From NCBI GenBank assembly GCA_964019425.1, contig OZ025794.1, forward strand, positions 682,001 to 746,000: a DNA stretch of 64,000 bases, given 5' to 3'. This document shows, piece after piece, positions 43,744-55,197 of the stretch (its first letter is position 1; every line of letters starts with the position of its first letter). The notes under the pieces are model-generated. The model saw only the letters and a list, made by a program, of their open reading frames with translations. It was not told the origin of the DNA and searched no databases. The stretch is from Flectonema sp. DT1601. Lineage: Eukaryota. The position numbers were made by a program, and so were the translations under genes.

Positions 43744-44032
43744 AAATCTAAAAATAAATTTAAATTTAAATTAGTGGTGGTGGATGAGGTTCCACCCAGA
43801 CAGCCATCAACATAGATAAATCTCATGGTTATATAAAACAACACTGCATTAACACGACAAGAGGAGACTTCTATTTTGATAGAGCTGATGAAAACAACAG
43901 TGATTCAGAGTCAATTTAATCCGCAGACAGAGACAATAATATGAAGCCAAGTCACATGTCACTCGTCTTGTTTCCAAACAGAAGACTCATTCCTCAGTTC
44001 TCAGGTCGGGTAATCAGATAACATAATAAAAG

Positions 44033-45064
44033 CTACGGAGACACAGAATAAGTAAAAGTTGAAAGGATGACAAGTAATGCCCCCATCAGAAATGTATATG
44101 ATGGTGAAAAGTCAAATACTGCGGCACTAACCATTCCGCTCACAATGATTGCCATGGATGTACTAAATCCTTTCAGAATGTTGTCAGCGTATTTGATGAC
44201 AACAGCGACGAGTACACCACCGCCGGCTTGAATGCAGACGAGAGTCCAAACCCACGACGTGTATCCCTTCGTAAATGACACTTCTTTTGATGAAAAGAAG
44301 CATGCGAGTAGGGAAAGGGGAAGTGATGATGCTCCCAGTTGGATATTTCTAACCCAAATAGAAGAAGTAGATTTTCTCTTTAAAACGGATTCAAAGTAAA
44401 CACTAGCGAAACCAGAACTAGTTGCAGAGATGAGACAAGCGATGAACCCCACGGCCCAGTCACCCTTTTGAGCCGCATGACCGCCAGACGCTTTTTGTGG
44501 TAATTGAGTCAAAATAACTCCACTTGTTAACAAGCACAGTGACGCCCATTTATATTTACTAAGAGACCTACGCAATAACACAACTGTAAACACTGCTGTA
44601 ATTAATAACTTCATTTGGTACGTCACTTGAAACATCGTCGCCTCTAAGTTCTCGAGTGCTATGAAGAGCACATTATTTTGTAAAGTGTACAGCCCAGCAG
44701 GTACAGCAAGTTTTATTACGTGTTCGCGGTCTTGCACAAGTGTTCGGTGCAGTTCAGTCTTGAAGCTGCCGAAGGAGAAGTTCTGTTCCTGAAGCACCAT
44801 AAAGAGACAGCCAAGTATTTTTAGGAGCTCAGCGTAGACAACAGTCGTCGCAACGTCGAATAGTTCATTTGCTGCTGCTGCAGTCCTCGTGTGTCGCATT
44901 AAAAGTACGGCGCTGCTGTTTTGAAATACCAACACCCCCAGAGCGAGGTATTTCAAACTCACTCCGCAAAGCGTAGCACGCGGTGCGACTGCAGGAACAG
45001 CCTTCGGAGTAAACCTTCTGTCTTCCTCATCGTCAACAGTATGTACTTTGATTTGCACCGACAT
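44033..45064 (-). CDS. Nucleotide-sugar (UDP-Gal/UDP-GlcNAc) transporter, SLC35A family
   Basis: KLAVPAGLYTLQNN, FQVTYQMKLL, SGFASVYFE, SIWVRNIQL and VIKYADNILKGF. Confidence 0.93.
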   Translation of the reverse strand: MSVQIKVHTVDDEEDRRFTPKAVPAVAPRATLCGVSLKYLALGVLVFQNSSAVLLMRHTRTAAAANELFDVATTVVYAELLKILGCLFMVLQEQNFSFGSFKTELHRTLVQDREHVIKLAVPAGLYTLQNNVLFIALENLEATMFQVTYQMKLLITAVFTVVLLRRSLSKYKWASLCLLTSGVILTQLPQKASGGHAAQKGDWAVGFIACLISATSSGFASVYFESVLKRKSTSSIWVRNIQLGASSLPLSLLACFFSSKEVSFTKGYTSWVWTLVCIQAGGGVLVAVVIKYADNILKGFSTSMAIIVSGMVSAAVFDFSPSYTFLMGALLVILSTFTYSVSP

Positions 45065-45560
45065 ATTGAATTTGTGCGTCCCTACACGACCAAGACACCT
45101 ATCAAACGACGTTTATTAATATTATAGTATTATCACTAAAGGCATTATTAAAACTATAAACCACTTGCTTCAGTCATTGTGGTCTTCTTCTGTAAATAAT
45201 ATCATTAATGAAATCAAGGAAGGCTCACATACTAAACAGACACTACACTCTTGTCGTTGGTTATGACCGAATTGAATATCTAAAAAGAAGAAAGAAAAAA
45301 AAAAAGGAAAAATCCCAAAAAAAGGATCTGACTTGTCCAAAACATAACAATATTTGCCTTCGGTGGTTAGCGAGATCTATTTTATTATACTAATCGATGG
45401 CAATGGTGGCAGTCACCCAAATGGTGTTTCTTGAATTCAAATATTGCGAACTAAGTTCGGGGGGGGCAGTCACAATGTGACCTTTTAAAACCTGTTACTG
45501 CAATGATTATGATTCACTTTTTATATCAAATAAACGAATCTAAAGTATGAACTCTCGTCA

Positions 45561-47066
45561 TCATGCTGCATCTTCGTCAGGAGTTGTTGCTGTCACAGTT
45601 TCATCTTCTTGAGACTCCTCGTCATCATCATTTATGTGACGCTTGCGAGTGATCTCGTCGGTACAAACTTGATTTAAAGTTCTCTCTTGTCGATTAAGAT
45701 GTTGCGTCACTAAATGAGCAGCTCCAAGTACAGCAGTCGATCCAAGAACTCGAGAGCTGAGATTTGATCTATAATTTGCGATATCGTCTGATACTTCTCG
45801 AATACCTCCGTACAACTTTACTTCTGCTGCTGTCATTGAAGTTGGAGCAAGAGAGCTTCCCGGATCTACGAATACGAAAGTACCATCTTGCGGTTCATTA
45901 TTTTCATTCATAATACGAGACTCTACTTGCAGTCCGTATGGACGACGAATCCAAATATAAGGATTCGATTCTTGTTCTCCAGATAATGAGACTTTTACAA
46001 TCCCTTCAGCATGAACGCTGTCAACAATTCCTTCTTTCCAGGCGTCACAGGCGTCGTCACGAACTTCAACAGTTTGTCCGATTAGAATAGGCGGAGTTGG
46101 TATTAATTTACCGACTTCAACTGGGTATGAATTACCAGCAATCTTTACTTGTGCTCCTTGACCAATGTCATGAACAGTTCCCATCACACCTGATGGGATG
46201 TCGTGAAAGAGTTCTGCTGTCACTACCCACATTCCTTCTTTTAAGTTTGCTGGTCTTATTTCAGACTGTTTTACATCATGAAGCATCTCTCCATCACATT
46301 TAACATCATACTTATGACCCTTACGGGAATGGACTTCTCCAACTTTCCATTCTCCAGACGTCTTCACAGCGACAACGTCACCAGGTAGGTCAGCTGACAT
46401 TGTGTTGCCAGACATAAAATCACATTCGATTTTATTATTTTCATCAATCGTATCCTTAAAGTCATTCATAAGGTTAACGTAACTGAATCCTGCCTTGTAG
46501 CCCTCAAGCGCGAAAGACAACAACAATAACAAGAAACACAACCCTCCCCATATCGCCCCACCGATTAACAGCGCGAAGTACGACTCGTTCTGGTGACCAG
46601 GTAAAGATTCTGATTCTAAGAAGCAATTTCTATTTATGCCGTGAAGTTTGCAAGGAACATCCATAGCAGGAGGAGTAGTAATATTTGTAATACTTAAAGC
46701 AGGAAGGTTTACTGAAGTATCGATACAACTTGAGAGGGATCCGTCGCCAAGTTTTAATAAACATCTTGTTTGAATAATTGTGTTATCAAAAGGTTGGTAA
46801 ACAACATTTGGGAATGCTGCCTCAACAGCAACACACAGTGAACCCACTCCTGATCTTTCATACGTTGCACATTGACAAATACCTGTAGTTCCAGCTAGAC
46901 TGCATGTTCCTGAATACTCTTTTTCTTCCACAACTGACGCCCAACCAATAGCGCCAACTAACGCCATCATTAGTCCTCCGAGACAACAGCAAAACGTAAA
47001 TGTGTGCACTGAACTCAACCGCACTAACTTACACATCACCGTCACTGAGGGTGTTTTTTTACCCAT
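45561..47066 (-). CDS. Two-TM protein with cytosolic Tudor/Agenet-like repeats
   Basis: Two hydrophobic helices flank a Cys-rich loop; PGDVVAVK..GEWKVGEV and GQTVEVRD..DAWKEGIV repeats follow. Confidence 0.6.
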   Translation of the reverse strand: MGKKTPSVTVMCKLVRLSSVHTFTFCCCLGGLMMALVGAIGWASVVEEKEYSGTCSLAGTTGICQCATYERSGVGSLCVAVEAAFPNVVYQPFDNTIIQTRCLLKLGDGSLSSCIDTSVNLPALSITNITTPPAMDVPCKLHGINRNCFLESESLPGHQNESYFALLIGGAIWGGLCFLLLLLSFALEGYKAGFSYVNLMNDFKDTIDENNKIECDFMSGNTMSADLPGDVVAVKTSGEWKVGEVHSRKGHKYDVKCDGEMLHDVKQSEIRPANLKEGMWVVTAELFHDIPSGVMGTVHDIGQGAQVKIAGNSYPVEVGKLIPTPPILIGQTVEVRDDACDAWKEGIVDSVHAEGIVKVSLSGEQESNPYIWIRRPYGLQVESRIMNENNEPQDGTFVFVDPGSSLAPTSMTAAEVKLYGGIREVSDDIANYRSNLSSRVLGSTAVLGAAHLVTQHLNRQERTLNQVCTDEITRKRHINDDDEESQEDETVTATTPDEDAA

Positions 47067-47231
47067 TTTTTATTATTATTTTTTTTTCCCCTTTTTCTTT
47101 TTAAACTTTATTTTCTTTTTTTCTTTCCCCAATACCTGTTTTTTTTTTTAAAAATAAATCTAATTATCTAATTCCAATAAATAACAAACTTTGTTGCCGA
47201 CAAAAAGATTACCAAATAGTCGGTCGTTAGG

Positions 47232-49118
47232 TTATGTGTCTTCCGAAGTAGTGACTTCGATACGAAAAGTATTAATTTTACATTCTTCTAAAACATCATT
47301 AGAAGAATATTCGAATGAAATTTTATCATCTTCGGATAAGAATTGAAGTTCGTCATCAACACGACGTCTCTTAAAGTAAAGAGATGTTGGTATCTGACGT
47401 TTAACTACTGCAGCAGGTTTTATATGAAAGGCTTCTGAGAAAACAGAACAATTAGAAGTCGAGGAAGAATCGAGAATAGCAAACACAACTTTCTTAAATA
47501 ATCCTTTTGGGAATTCCGACAGACATTCGACGAACATGGCTGCGACTTCTTTTGGAGGATTTTTAAATGCTCCGCAGCCGAAAGCTCCCAAAATGAGAAC
47601 TTCAAAACCTTCTTTGGCACAAATACTAAAAATCGAAGATATTTTTCGCATGGTCCGCAACTTGCCCTCCTCCGTGAACGTCCCGTCCTCTGCAAGCAGC
47701 CACTCTTCTTCGTTGGCGTCAAAGGCTGCTACAGAAAGAAAATTTATAAATTTCGGAGTTTGGAACAACTCGTAGCCGTATTTTGGCCCTTTTCTAAGTA
47801 CCGTGACAAATCGACTTAAAGCTATTTCATCTTCGCGAAATGGATATCGGGGAGGGTTCACCGGCATCTCTGTGGCTGCCCACTTATCGAGTGCAACTGC
47901 AAGATTCGTTCTCCGAAATATTTCCTCCTCTTGCGCTACGCGTCCTCTTCGGTACCCTCCGCCGGGGGACGTTGCGTTAGCGAAATTCAAAGCAACGACT
48001 TTCTCGTCGTCAATTGTTTGCAACTCTAATACTGCGGCATCAATGGTGTCGCAGTTCTTAACAATAATTTCTGTTGACTCATATTGTGGTTCATAAATTA
48101 GATTCTTTGGAATGGTCGATGTGTTCAATTTATTACCGGCGGCGGGTTCTTCGGGTTTTGAACGTTCGGGTGAAATAATATTCTGATCAGCGATCGGTGT
48201 TTCCCTTTCTGTTGTGGGTTCACCTTCCGACACAGATGAGTCCATGCGAATTGTTTCGACATCATCTCCCTCATCTGTAGAAGGAATGGTGTTATGAACT
48301 TCCGTTTCTGGAAGAACATACTTCCTTTTTACCCTCGACAGGGACACCGTATTCAAAGCGACCATCATATTTAATTTATCCCGTCCATCTTGAGGACGTA
48401 TTAACTTTTGACCGTCTCTTAGATGTGCGAATTTCTTGTCGTGAATCGGATCACCGATATCTTCACACTGCAGTCCTTTCTTACAAATATAAGGATCATC
48501 TCTGTAGGTAGAATGTGTGTATTGAATTCGATGGTCAAGTAGATGTTTTAAACCACAACTTGCATTCAAACACAATTCCTGTGACTTTATATATGTTGAG
48601 GCTGCTCTTTTCCACGCCTCAGCGTCCCATCCCTTCTTTTTATAGAGAGAGGAGGAGGCGTAGGCGATGTCTGTAAATTTCTTGTCGGCTGCGTATGAAA
48701 AAAAGTCACTTTCCGACCAACAACGCCGGCGTGGGTTCGAACCCGCCTGTTGAATTTCAGCATGAAATGAATTGGTGTTGGCGGTTGTCGGGCAAAGTAG
48801 GTAGCAATTGGTTCCATAAAGTGGAATTACTTCCCGCCATTCATGAGATTCAGAAGCATCGATCAGGTGGTTGTCGCTGGTTCGAAACCAGCGTATTGCG
48901 TCTGAACGCTTTCCGTGAAAGCCTTCAAATCCGTTTTCAGTTTTTATCAAATAGACGACACGTTCTTTAACATTTCTTTCGTTATGTTCGAAAATATTTT
49001 TACTTAATTCGCGAAAAGCAGTTTCTGCTTTAGGATTTCTAAGGCAGAGTTCGAAGTGTTTCTGAGAAACCCAGCGCCCGGAATGCTTTGGCGCAAATGG
49101 CACTCCAGATATCGACAT
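47232..49118 (-). CDS. Microbial-type poly(ADP-ribose) glycohydrolase (TIGR02452/DUF2263-like) with PBZ-like fingers
   Basis: LNFANATSPGGGY..G..AQEE and LILGAFGCGAFKNPP; two C..C..H..H motifs upstream. Confidence 0.85.
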   Translation of the reverse strand: MSISGVPFAPKHSGRWVSQKHFELCLRNPKAETAFRELSKNIFEHNERNVKERVVYLIKTENGFEGFHGKRSDAIRWFRTSDNHLIDASESHEWREVIPLYGTNCYLLCPTTANTNSFHAEIQQAGSNPRRRCWSESDFFSYAADKKFTDIAYASSSLYKKKGWDAEAWKRAASTYIKSQELCLNASCGLKHLLDHRIQYTHSTYRDDPYICKKGLQCEDIGDPIHDKKFAHLRDGQKLIRPQDGRDKLNMMVALNTVSLSRVKRKYVLPETEVHNTIPSTDEGDDVETIRMDSSVSEGEPTTERETPIADQNIISPERSKPEEPAAGNKLNTSTIPKNLIYEPQYESTEIIVKNCDTIDAAVLELQTIDDEKVVALNFANATSPGGGYRRGRVAQEEEIFRRTNLAVALDKWAATEMPVNPPRYPFREDEIALSRFVTVLRKGPKYGYELFQTPKFINFLSVAAFDANEEEWLLAEDGTFTEEGKLRTMRKISSIFSICAKEGFEVLILGAFGCGAFKNPPKEVAAMFVECLSEFPKGLFKKVVFAILDSSSTSNCSVFSEAFHIKPAAVVKRQIPTSLYFKRRRVDDELQFLSEDDKISFEYSSNDVLEECKINTFRIEVTTSEDT

Positions 49119-49360
49119 CACTTTGGCATCCACTGGATTATGTTCCTTTAGAAAATAATTTAATCAAAAAAAGAAATAAAAGAAGTCAGATACAGAAAGC
49201 ATTACGTGTTATCTGAATAAAAGAAAAAAACAATTAAAGTACACAAATAACTAAAAACACACCTCTCACAAGAATCTAAAGTACATCAAAGTTGAATAAA
49301 CGATAGCTGGGAAGGCAGCAATCTACAGAAATATAAAAAAAACTAATATTTAAAAAAAAA

Positions 49361-49889
49361 AAGGGGGGGGATTAACTGTTCGATTTTGTACGTAAAAATA
49401 CAAATGTATTGTACCACAAACAACATAACGATAATTTAACATTAGTTTTAGATACAGTGACTAAAGGTAATGTTAGTGTAGGTATACACGGCAATTGACG
49501 CAAGTACTTTACATTATAATAAATGTTTCTTAGCTGCATACACATCTCTTTTTCCGTGTTGTCATTCAGTGCAGTACGGAATCGAGTTATTCAATTACGA
49601 ATTAATCGTGAGCCCTGGGAAACCGAAACCAGGGTTTTATGTAATACGGCAGAGCGTAGGTTTCACCTATAAATTACTTGCTCAAATCAGCAATTCTTTG
49701 AAAAAAATATGTTAGCAAAATTGCTAGTTCGTAGCACTACTAACGGAGCACTCACCTGAAACAAATCATGGTAACGTTGTCCAAAAAGGGGGATGTATGT
49801 TCGATTTTGTAAAAATTACAACTGTGTTGTATCATAAAAACATAAAGATAATTTAACATTAGTTTTAAATACAGTGACTAAGGGTGATG
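49361..49889. repeat. Pair of diverged ~110-bp direct repeats (49361-49472, 49785-49889)
   Basis: Both read aaggggg..tgttcgattttgta...gataatttaacattagtttta.atacagtgactaa.ggt.atg. Confidence 0.85.
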
Positions 49890-49907
49890 CGCAACTTAGC
49901 ATATTAA

Positions 49908-50040
49908 AGTAACTATAGGTTTCGAGAGTAATCCATATACCTCTTACCTCTATTCTCTCTCATCAGTTATGGTGTAGAAGTAAGTCAGTCAAATGTTGAG
50001 ACTGAGTCATTCCAGTTTGCAGGACTGGAATGTAGTTACT
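49908..50040. mobile_element. 133-bp MITE candidate with TTAA target duplication (Kolobok-like ends)
   Basis: TTAA|AGTAACTA ... TAGTTACT|TTAA, with internal hairpins. Confidence 0.45.
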
Positions 50041-50604
50041 TTAAGTTTCATGTTCATAATAAAAAATAAAAAAAAAGGGGGAAGAAGAAAAAAAAAAAAA
50101 AAATGAACAAAAAAAATAATAATGCCCGACTCCATACTCCCAAGAGAGAGAAATTTAAAAAGATTTTCATAAAACTCTATTGTTTTGATGGGCCTTTTTT
50201 GTTCAATTCACACTTTGTGTGAAAGCGGAAGATAAAAATAAAAAATCTGAAGAGAATGCAGACATAATAAACAAGTAGTCGTACAATAATTATCAAAAAA
50301 AAAAAAAAAAAAAAAAAACTGACAAAGAACAGAGAATCTGTTACGATAAATTCTCACATGTTTAATCTTTATCTGATCTGCGTTAAACAGAATTCGCGTT
50401 GCTAAACGGTTCCAACGTTTTAATTCCTTTCAAGAGTGCAATTTCTACAGAAAGATATCTCAACAAGCGCGAGATAGTAGCGTTTTTTTATTTATTTACC
50501 TTCACGAAATACATTCGTTCACAATGCTTCCTGAATGCTATTACTTTGAATAATAACATTAAATGCAATTAGAGGGAGGGAGGGTATCAAATCACAAGAT
50601 TGTT

Positions 50605-52140
50605 TTACGGAGGACGAAGTCTTCCTGAAGCATATGCGAGGAGTTTTCTCTTTGGTCCTATTGGTAGTACACTGAGAGTGTCTTCAGAGACGTTTAGAAT
50701 ATCTTGAACTTGATAAATCCCTTGTTGTTGAAGTATTTGAGTAAACTTACCCAATCCTCTAGCTGCTAGCCAAGAGTTCAAGTTCGATCCCGAGTGAGGT
50801 GAAGGTGATGGTACAGTCCCCGTCCTCGCACGCGGAGGAGAACTTGGAGATCCTCCAACAACAACACTACTGACGGCCCTTTCCGACATCGCGTAGTCCA
50901 ACTCCGATGGTTGTAAACCTCCTCCGTAGTGTTGCTGTCCGGGTGGTAGCTGATGATGTTGTTGAATTCTGTTACCAACAGTAGGCTGTTGATAAATTAT
51001 AGATCCGCTAGACACTCTCTCAGCTGTTTCCCTCTCAAGAGGAGTCATGTCTCTCATACTCGGTTCTATTTGATTCATTCGCGGACTCGGTGGAGGTAGT
51101 GGAGGTAATCCCAAAGTTGGTGACATCAGTAAACTGTTGTTCGGACCAGCTGAACGACTTCTTCCTCGTGAAATGGACCTGCGCGGCGTCCCCTTCGGAC
51201 TTCGTCCTGTTGGTGACCTCGCCCAAGTGCCGCCAACATGAAGAACACCCCCACTTTTATTTGTTCCTGTTGGTGATGTTTCGACTCTGGAGTCATGTCT
51301 CTCTGGACTTCTCCCTCTCGTTGAGGCGCCAGCAACTGGCGAACGAGGCGAACGAGGTGAGCGAGAGCGCGGAGACCTTGGTCCTCCTCCACTTCCAATG
51401 AGACCGTTCATATTTAAAGCCCCTACGATACCCACACGTGGAGATCTGGGTGAGCGAGGTGCTGAATGGTTACGGGAGCGCGGCGATGACATAACAGGAG
51501 AGCGAGGTGACATTGACGGTGATGTGAGGGAAGCGATTGGAGATAGAGATCGGTTCTCGTGATGATTTCTTTTATTGTGTTGCGATGGCGACTTGCGAGA
51601 ACGAGGTGATACCGACTGTCTTCGTACGGAATTTGAAATCGGAGCCTTGGCAGCAAAAAGTCTCTCGAGGGCGGCAGACTCCTCACGACCTCTTCCCTTT
51701 GCATTGTGATAGTCGGCCATTGATATTACCCATTCTCTTAATATTAATCCACAACGAGGTACATCAAATCCAAATGGAACTATCGCAAGCATCTGAACTA
51801 ACGGCTGGACGTGTCTCAATACCCCATGAGGTATCGTTGATCTCTCGAGTGCACGAACACGTACACCAAACTCACGCGGAGAAGAAAGCAGTTGCATTCC
51901 AGGTTTCCAGAAACTTTTCTCACCAGTTCGCTTTATTCGAACAGGTGGTACCGCAAGTAGAGCGCAGACTGCTTCCATCAATCCTTCGATAATTCTAAAT
52001 ATCGTAGTCCCAACTTCGTATGGATATTGAATTAGTTGTTGGTATTCCTCATCTGTAAGTTCCAACACATCTCGAGATGCTTCAATCATGGCATCAACGA
52101 TTTGCTGCCCGTTGCACATCGATTCATCACTGAATGACAT
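50605..52140 (-). CDS. Protein with a dynein stalk (MTBD)-like N-terminus, SPR-rich linker and C-terminal SAM domain
   Basis: MEAVCALL...SFWKPGMQLL...LREWVISMADY; LNSWLAARGLGKFTQILQQQGI...LPIGPKRKLL (SAM). Confidence 0.65.
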   Translation of the reverse strand: MSFSDESMCNGQQIVDAMIEASRDVLELTDEEYQQLIQYPYEVGTTIFRIIEGLMEAVCALLAVPPVRIKRTGEKSFWKPGMQLLSSPREFGVRVRALERSTIPHGVLRHVQPLVQMLAIVPFGFDVPRCGLILREWVISMADYHNAKGRGREESAALERLFAAKAPISNSVRRQSVSPRSRKSPSQHNKRNHHENRSLSPIASLTSPSMSPRSPVMSSPRSRNHSAPRSPRSPRVGIVGALNMNGLIGSGGGPRSPRSRSPRSPRSPVAGASTRGRSPERHDSRVETSPTGTNKSGGVLHVGGTWARSPTGRSPKGTPRRSISRGRSRSAGPNNSLLMSPTLGLPPLPPPSPRMNQIEPSMRDMTPLERETAERVSSGSIIYQQPTVGNRIQQHHQLPPGQQHYGGGLQPSELDYAMSERAVSSVVVGGSPSSPPRARTGTVPSPSPHSGSNLNSWLAARGLGKFTQILQQQGIYQVQDILNVSEDTLSVLPIGPKRKLLAYASGRLRPP

Positions 52141-52617
52141 TATGTCGAATCTAGATATCTGTTAAAAAAATGAATTAATAATAATAATTTTAAGAATACA
52201 AAAGATAATATTATTAGGTTCTTATTTAAGTAGCATCGGAAATTCACTTACGTTGCTGCTATAGATAATTAAAACTAAAAAAAAAAGTTCGTTGAAATTT
52301 CATCTTTTTTAGATGCTATATAATCGGATACGATGACAACACTATATTTGGATCATTCTTTTCTTTTTTTTTTTTTTTTTATGAAATTTCAACCAACAGA
52401 ATTGATATTTTTTCTTTAACTATGAAACTATTTTCCTCAATGTGATTTGGTAGGCGAAAGTAGATTTATTGCTACTTTACTTTTTTACTTTTCTTTTTTT
52501 TTTTTTTTTTTTTATTAAGACTGCTAAAGCCTTATTCAAAATCGATGACAGCTCATTGTTTCTACTAACTCGCAAAATAACTCGAATTTTGCAATCAGTC
52601 GTATCGAAATATATAAT

Positions 52618-53301
52618 TTATTCAGCACTGCGTACAAGAAGATGAGCATCCTTTTCATCAAGGCTGCTGTAGTAATCTTTTACTGTTTCCTTAACCTCAA
52701 ATCCGTACTTTTTATAGAATTCGATCGCAACATCGTTTGAGATCTGAACGTGAAGAGCAATCGATGTAATCAAAGGTGAGTTAAAGGACTGCGTTTTTTT
52801 TAATGTTTTATTTTGATGAAATTATTTACTTTAGATAAGATCATATGATAAAATACATACATCGCTCATAGCATTGCGGAGAAGATACGAAGCAACTCCA
52901 TCTCTTCTGTATGGAGTGAGAACACCCAATGTCATGATGTATAGACGCTTACCTCCTTCTGGGTTTGGTTCCATTCTGCAGCAGATCTCACCAATTAGAG
53001 TGTCACTGTAGTATGCCAACCAAGAAAACTTATTTCCTTGCGAGTACAGATTCTCATAAAAAGTCTTTTGGTATGTCACTGGGTATGTCGCCCTCTGTAA
53101 AATCTTCAACATTTCCATTCTCTTTTCATCCATTCTCATTAACTTAACGTTTTCTGGTTTTCCGAGAGTCTCATCCCATCCCAAGTTGAACTGTTTTTAT
53201 TTCATTTTATTTCCTCTATGAAACGCAATAGACTTCTTCAAACAATAAGAACATACCGGGTCTTTATGGCTCTCTCCCTCTTTCGCTTTGTCTGCTGCCA
53301 T
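52618..53301 (-). CDS. NAA50: N-alpha-acetyltransferase 50 (NatE); exons 53301-53257, 53190-52861, 52788-52618
   Basis: YPVTY..FY, LYIMTLGVLTPYRRDG and ALHVQISNDVAIEFYKKYGF...KDYY. Confidence 0.88.
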
Positions 53302-53616
53302 ATTGTTTACTGAGTGCTTTCAACGAAGGAATTTAATAGCAGCGAAATATAAGAAAAAGAATTGCAGTCGAACACAGTGAGTAACAGAAATTACTGAGCT
53401 GCGTAGCATAAATAAAAAACAATTGGCGTGTAAATAAATACTAAAAATACCGCAAACAATACAGACAGAAGCTCAGAGAGCAGACAGTTTCAGTCTAAAA
53501 GAAGGCTGCTGATGGTTTACAATTATCGATGACAGATGACACAATGGTAGTACAAGAGAATTAATTCCTGACTTGGGGTCTGAGCACCGCCTCCGAAAGC
53601 ATCAAGCACGGAACTT

Positions 53617-55197
53617 TCATGTGTCACGCTGGAATCTTGCCAACTCTTTCTTCATATTTGTCAACGTGGCTGTCAATTTTAAGTTGTCCTGAGCGTACTG
53701 CCTCGCCAATTCCTTGAGAAGAACAATCTTTTTTGCTTTCTTGCGGACCTGTTCACGCATTGTACGAGTCTGCTCAGAGTAACCCTGTAGAGTGCTGCCT
53801 ACATTCATGAGTGAACTAACAGACTCATCCCAACAGGCTTCGAGGTTAGCAACGTAGTTAACGACATCCTGAAGTTGAGCTTGTTGTGAGACTGACTCGG
53901 CCTTCTCTTGAATTAAATTCTTCTGAAGGTACTTACCATGCTGCTGTGTTCGGTACACTAAGTAGCGATCAGCTGTTTTTGTTGTACCATTTCCACCGCT
54001 AGAGTTTAGCTCATGCATCCCCAGCTCTGCACTTTTAAGCGGAACTACAGCGTGGAAGGGAAGCGGATTAAAGACACCAAAGTCTACGGGATATTTATTC
54101 ATTAAGTAGGCGCAGGTTTTTAGAGTCGAAAAAACAGTTGTTTCGTCCTCCGGTGTGAACGGAGCGAGCCCTCTGTACTTATTGAGATGCAACATAACAC
54201 CAACACAATTATTCAAGTGATCAAATACTGGTAAGCAAAGTAACGAAGCGACATTACCACACTTAAACCCAAGACTCTCACGAGCAACATGAGAAGTGAT
54301 AATATTAATAGCGATACGTGATGTGAATACTGTTCCAACTAAACCAGCTGACGGAGGTAATCTAATTTGATTTGAAGGCGGCAGTCCAGAACCAACACAA
54401 GCTACGGCTTGCAACTCATCCTTCGCAGGTAAATACCTAAACAAAACACCCTTGTCTGCTCTCACTTGCTGAACCACAGCTTCGAGTACTAAATAAACAG
54501 CAGCAGAAAGGAAGTTCACACAAGTAGCGTCAGGTATATTTTTAGGTAATCCTGTTTGATCAGTTATTCGACATTTAATACCTGCAGACATTCGATGTAA
54601 ACAAGCAGCAGTTGATTTCTTCTTCATCGGAGGATTTGGTGCCTTAGGCGATAGAATAATCATCGGATCCAACGGACGTACAGAACTAACGTTGTTGGAA
54701 ACAGGAATACAGAAGTGTGACTTTCGAGCTTTCGGAGAAGGTAATGAAGTCTTCTTAAATGATGTCGGAGATTGTAATTGTGGATGAAATATTGGAGTCA
54801 TTGTTGTGAAGTCCTTTCCTTCACTTTTAAGAGCCTTCAAAAGACTTTGCTGAAGTCTCTGCGCATGTGCTAAATTCTGTGAAGACTTTAGTGAAGCTGT
54901 GACAACCTTTCCAGGAAGTGGTGCTAATGGTTTATTCATATCACTTAGAACTTGTCGTAAGTCGAATACTAATTCTTTTAATCGTTCGCTCCATCTGATG
55001 AGTGTTGAAGCAGTCAACTCGTATGGCATCAATTCGTGTAACTCATCAGCGATCTCCATCACTTTCGTTAGCGATTCCTGTCCTTCACAAATAGCACTCG
55101 CCATCATCTTTTGTTGTTTTACTGCTTGACCATCTAATACCTTTTGGATCTCTTCTTCTTCTTCTGTTACTGCATCATGGACAGGTGGGAACATCAT
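53617..55197 (-). CDS. GAF-domain coiled-coil protein
   Basis: VRADKGVLF...GLVGTVFTSRIAINI...SLLCLPV...VGVMLHLNK...FTPEDE. Confidence 0.8.
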   Translation of the reverse strand: MMFPPVHDAVTEEEEEIQKVLDGQAVKQQKMMASAICEGQESLTKVMEIADELHELMPYELTASTLIRWSERLKELVFDLRQVLSDMNKPLAPLPGKVVTASLKSSQNLAHAQRLQQSLLKALKSEGKDFTTMTPIFHPQLQSPTSFKKTSLPSPKARKSHFCIPVSNNVSSVRPLDPMIILSPKAPNPPMKKKSTAACLHRMSAGIKCRITDQTGLPKNIPDATCVNFLSAAVYLVLEAVVQQVRADKGVLFRYLPAKDELQAVACVGSGLPPSNQIRLPPSAGLVGTVFTSRIAINIITSHVARESLGFKCGNVASLLCLPVFDHLNNCVGVMLHLNKYRGLAPFTPEDETTVFSTLKTCAYLMNKYPVDFGVFNPLPFHAVVPLKSAELGMHELNSSGGNGTTKTADRYLVYRTQQHGKYLQKNLIQEKAESVSQQAQLQDVVNYVANLEACWDESVSSLMNVGSTLQGYSEQTRTMREQVRKKAKKIVLLKELARQYAQDNLKLTATLTNMKKELARFQRDT

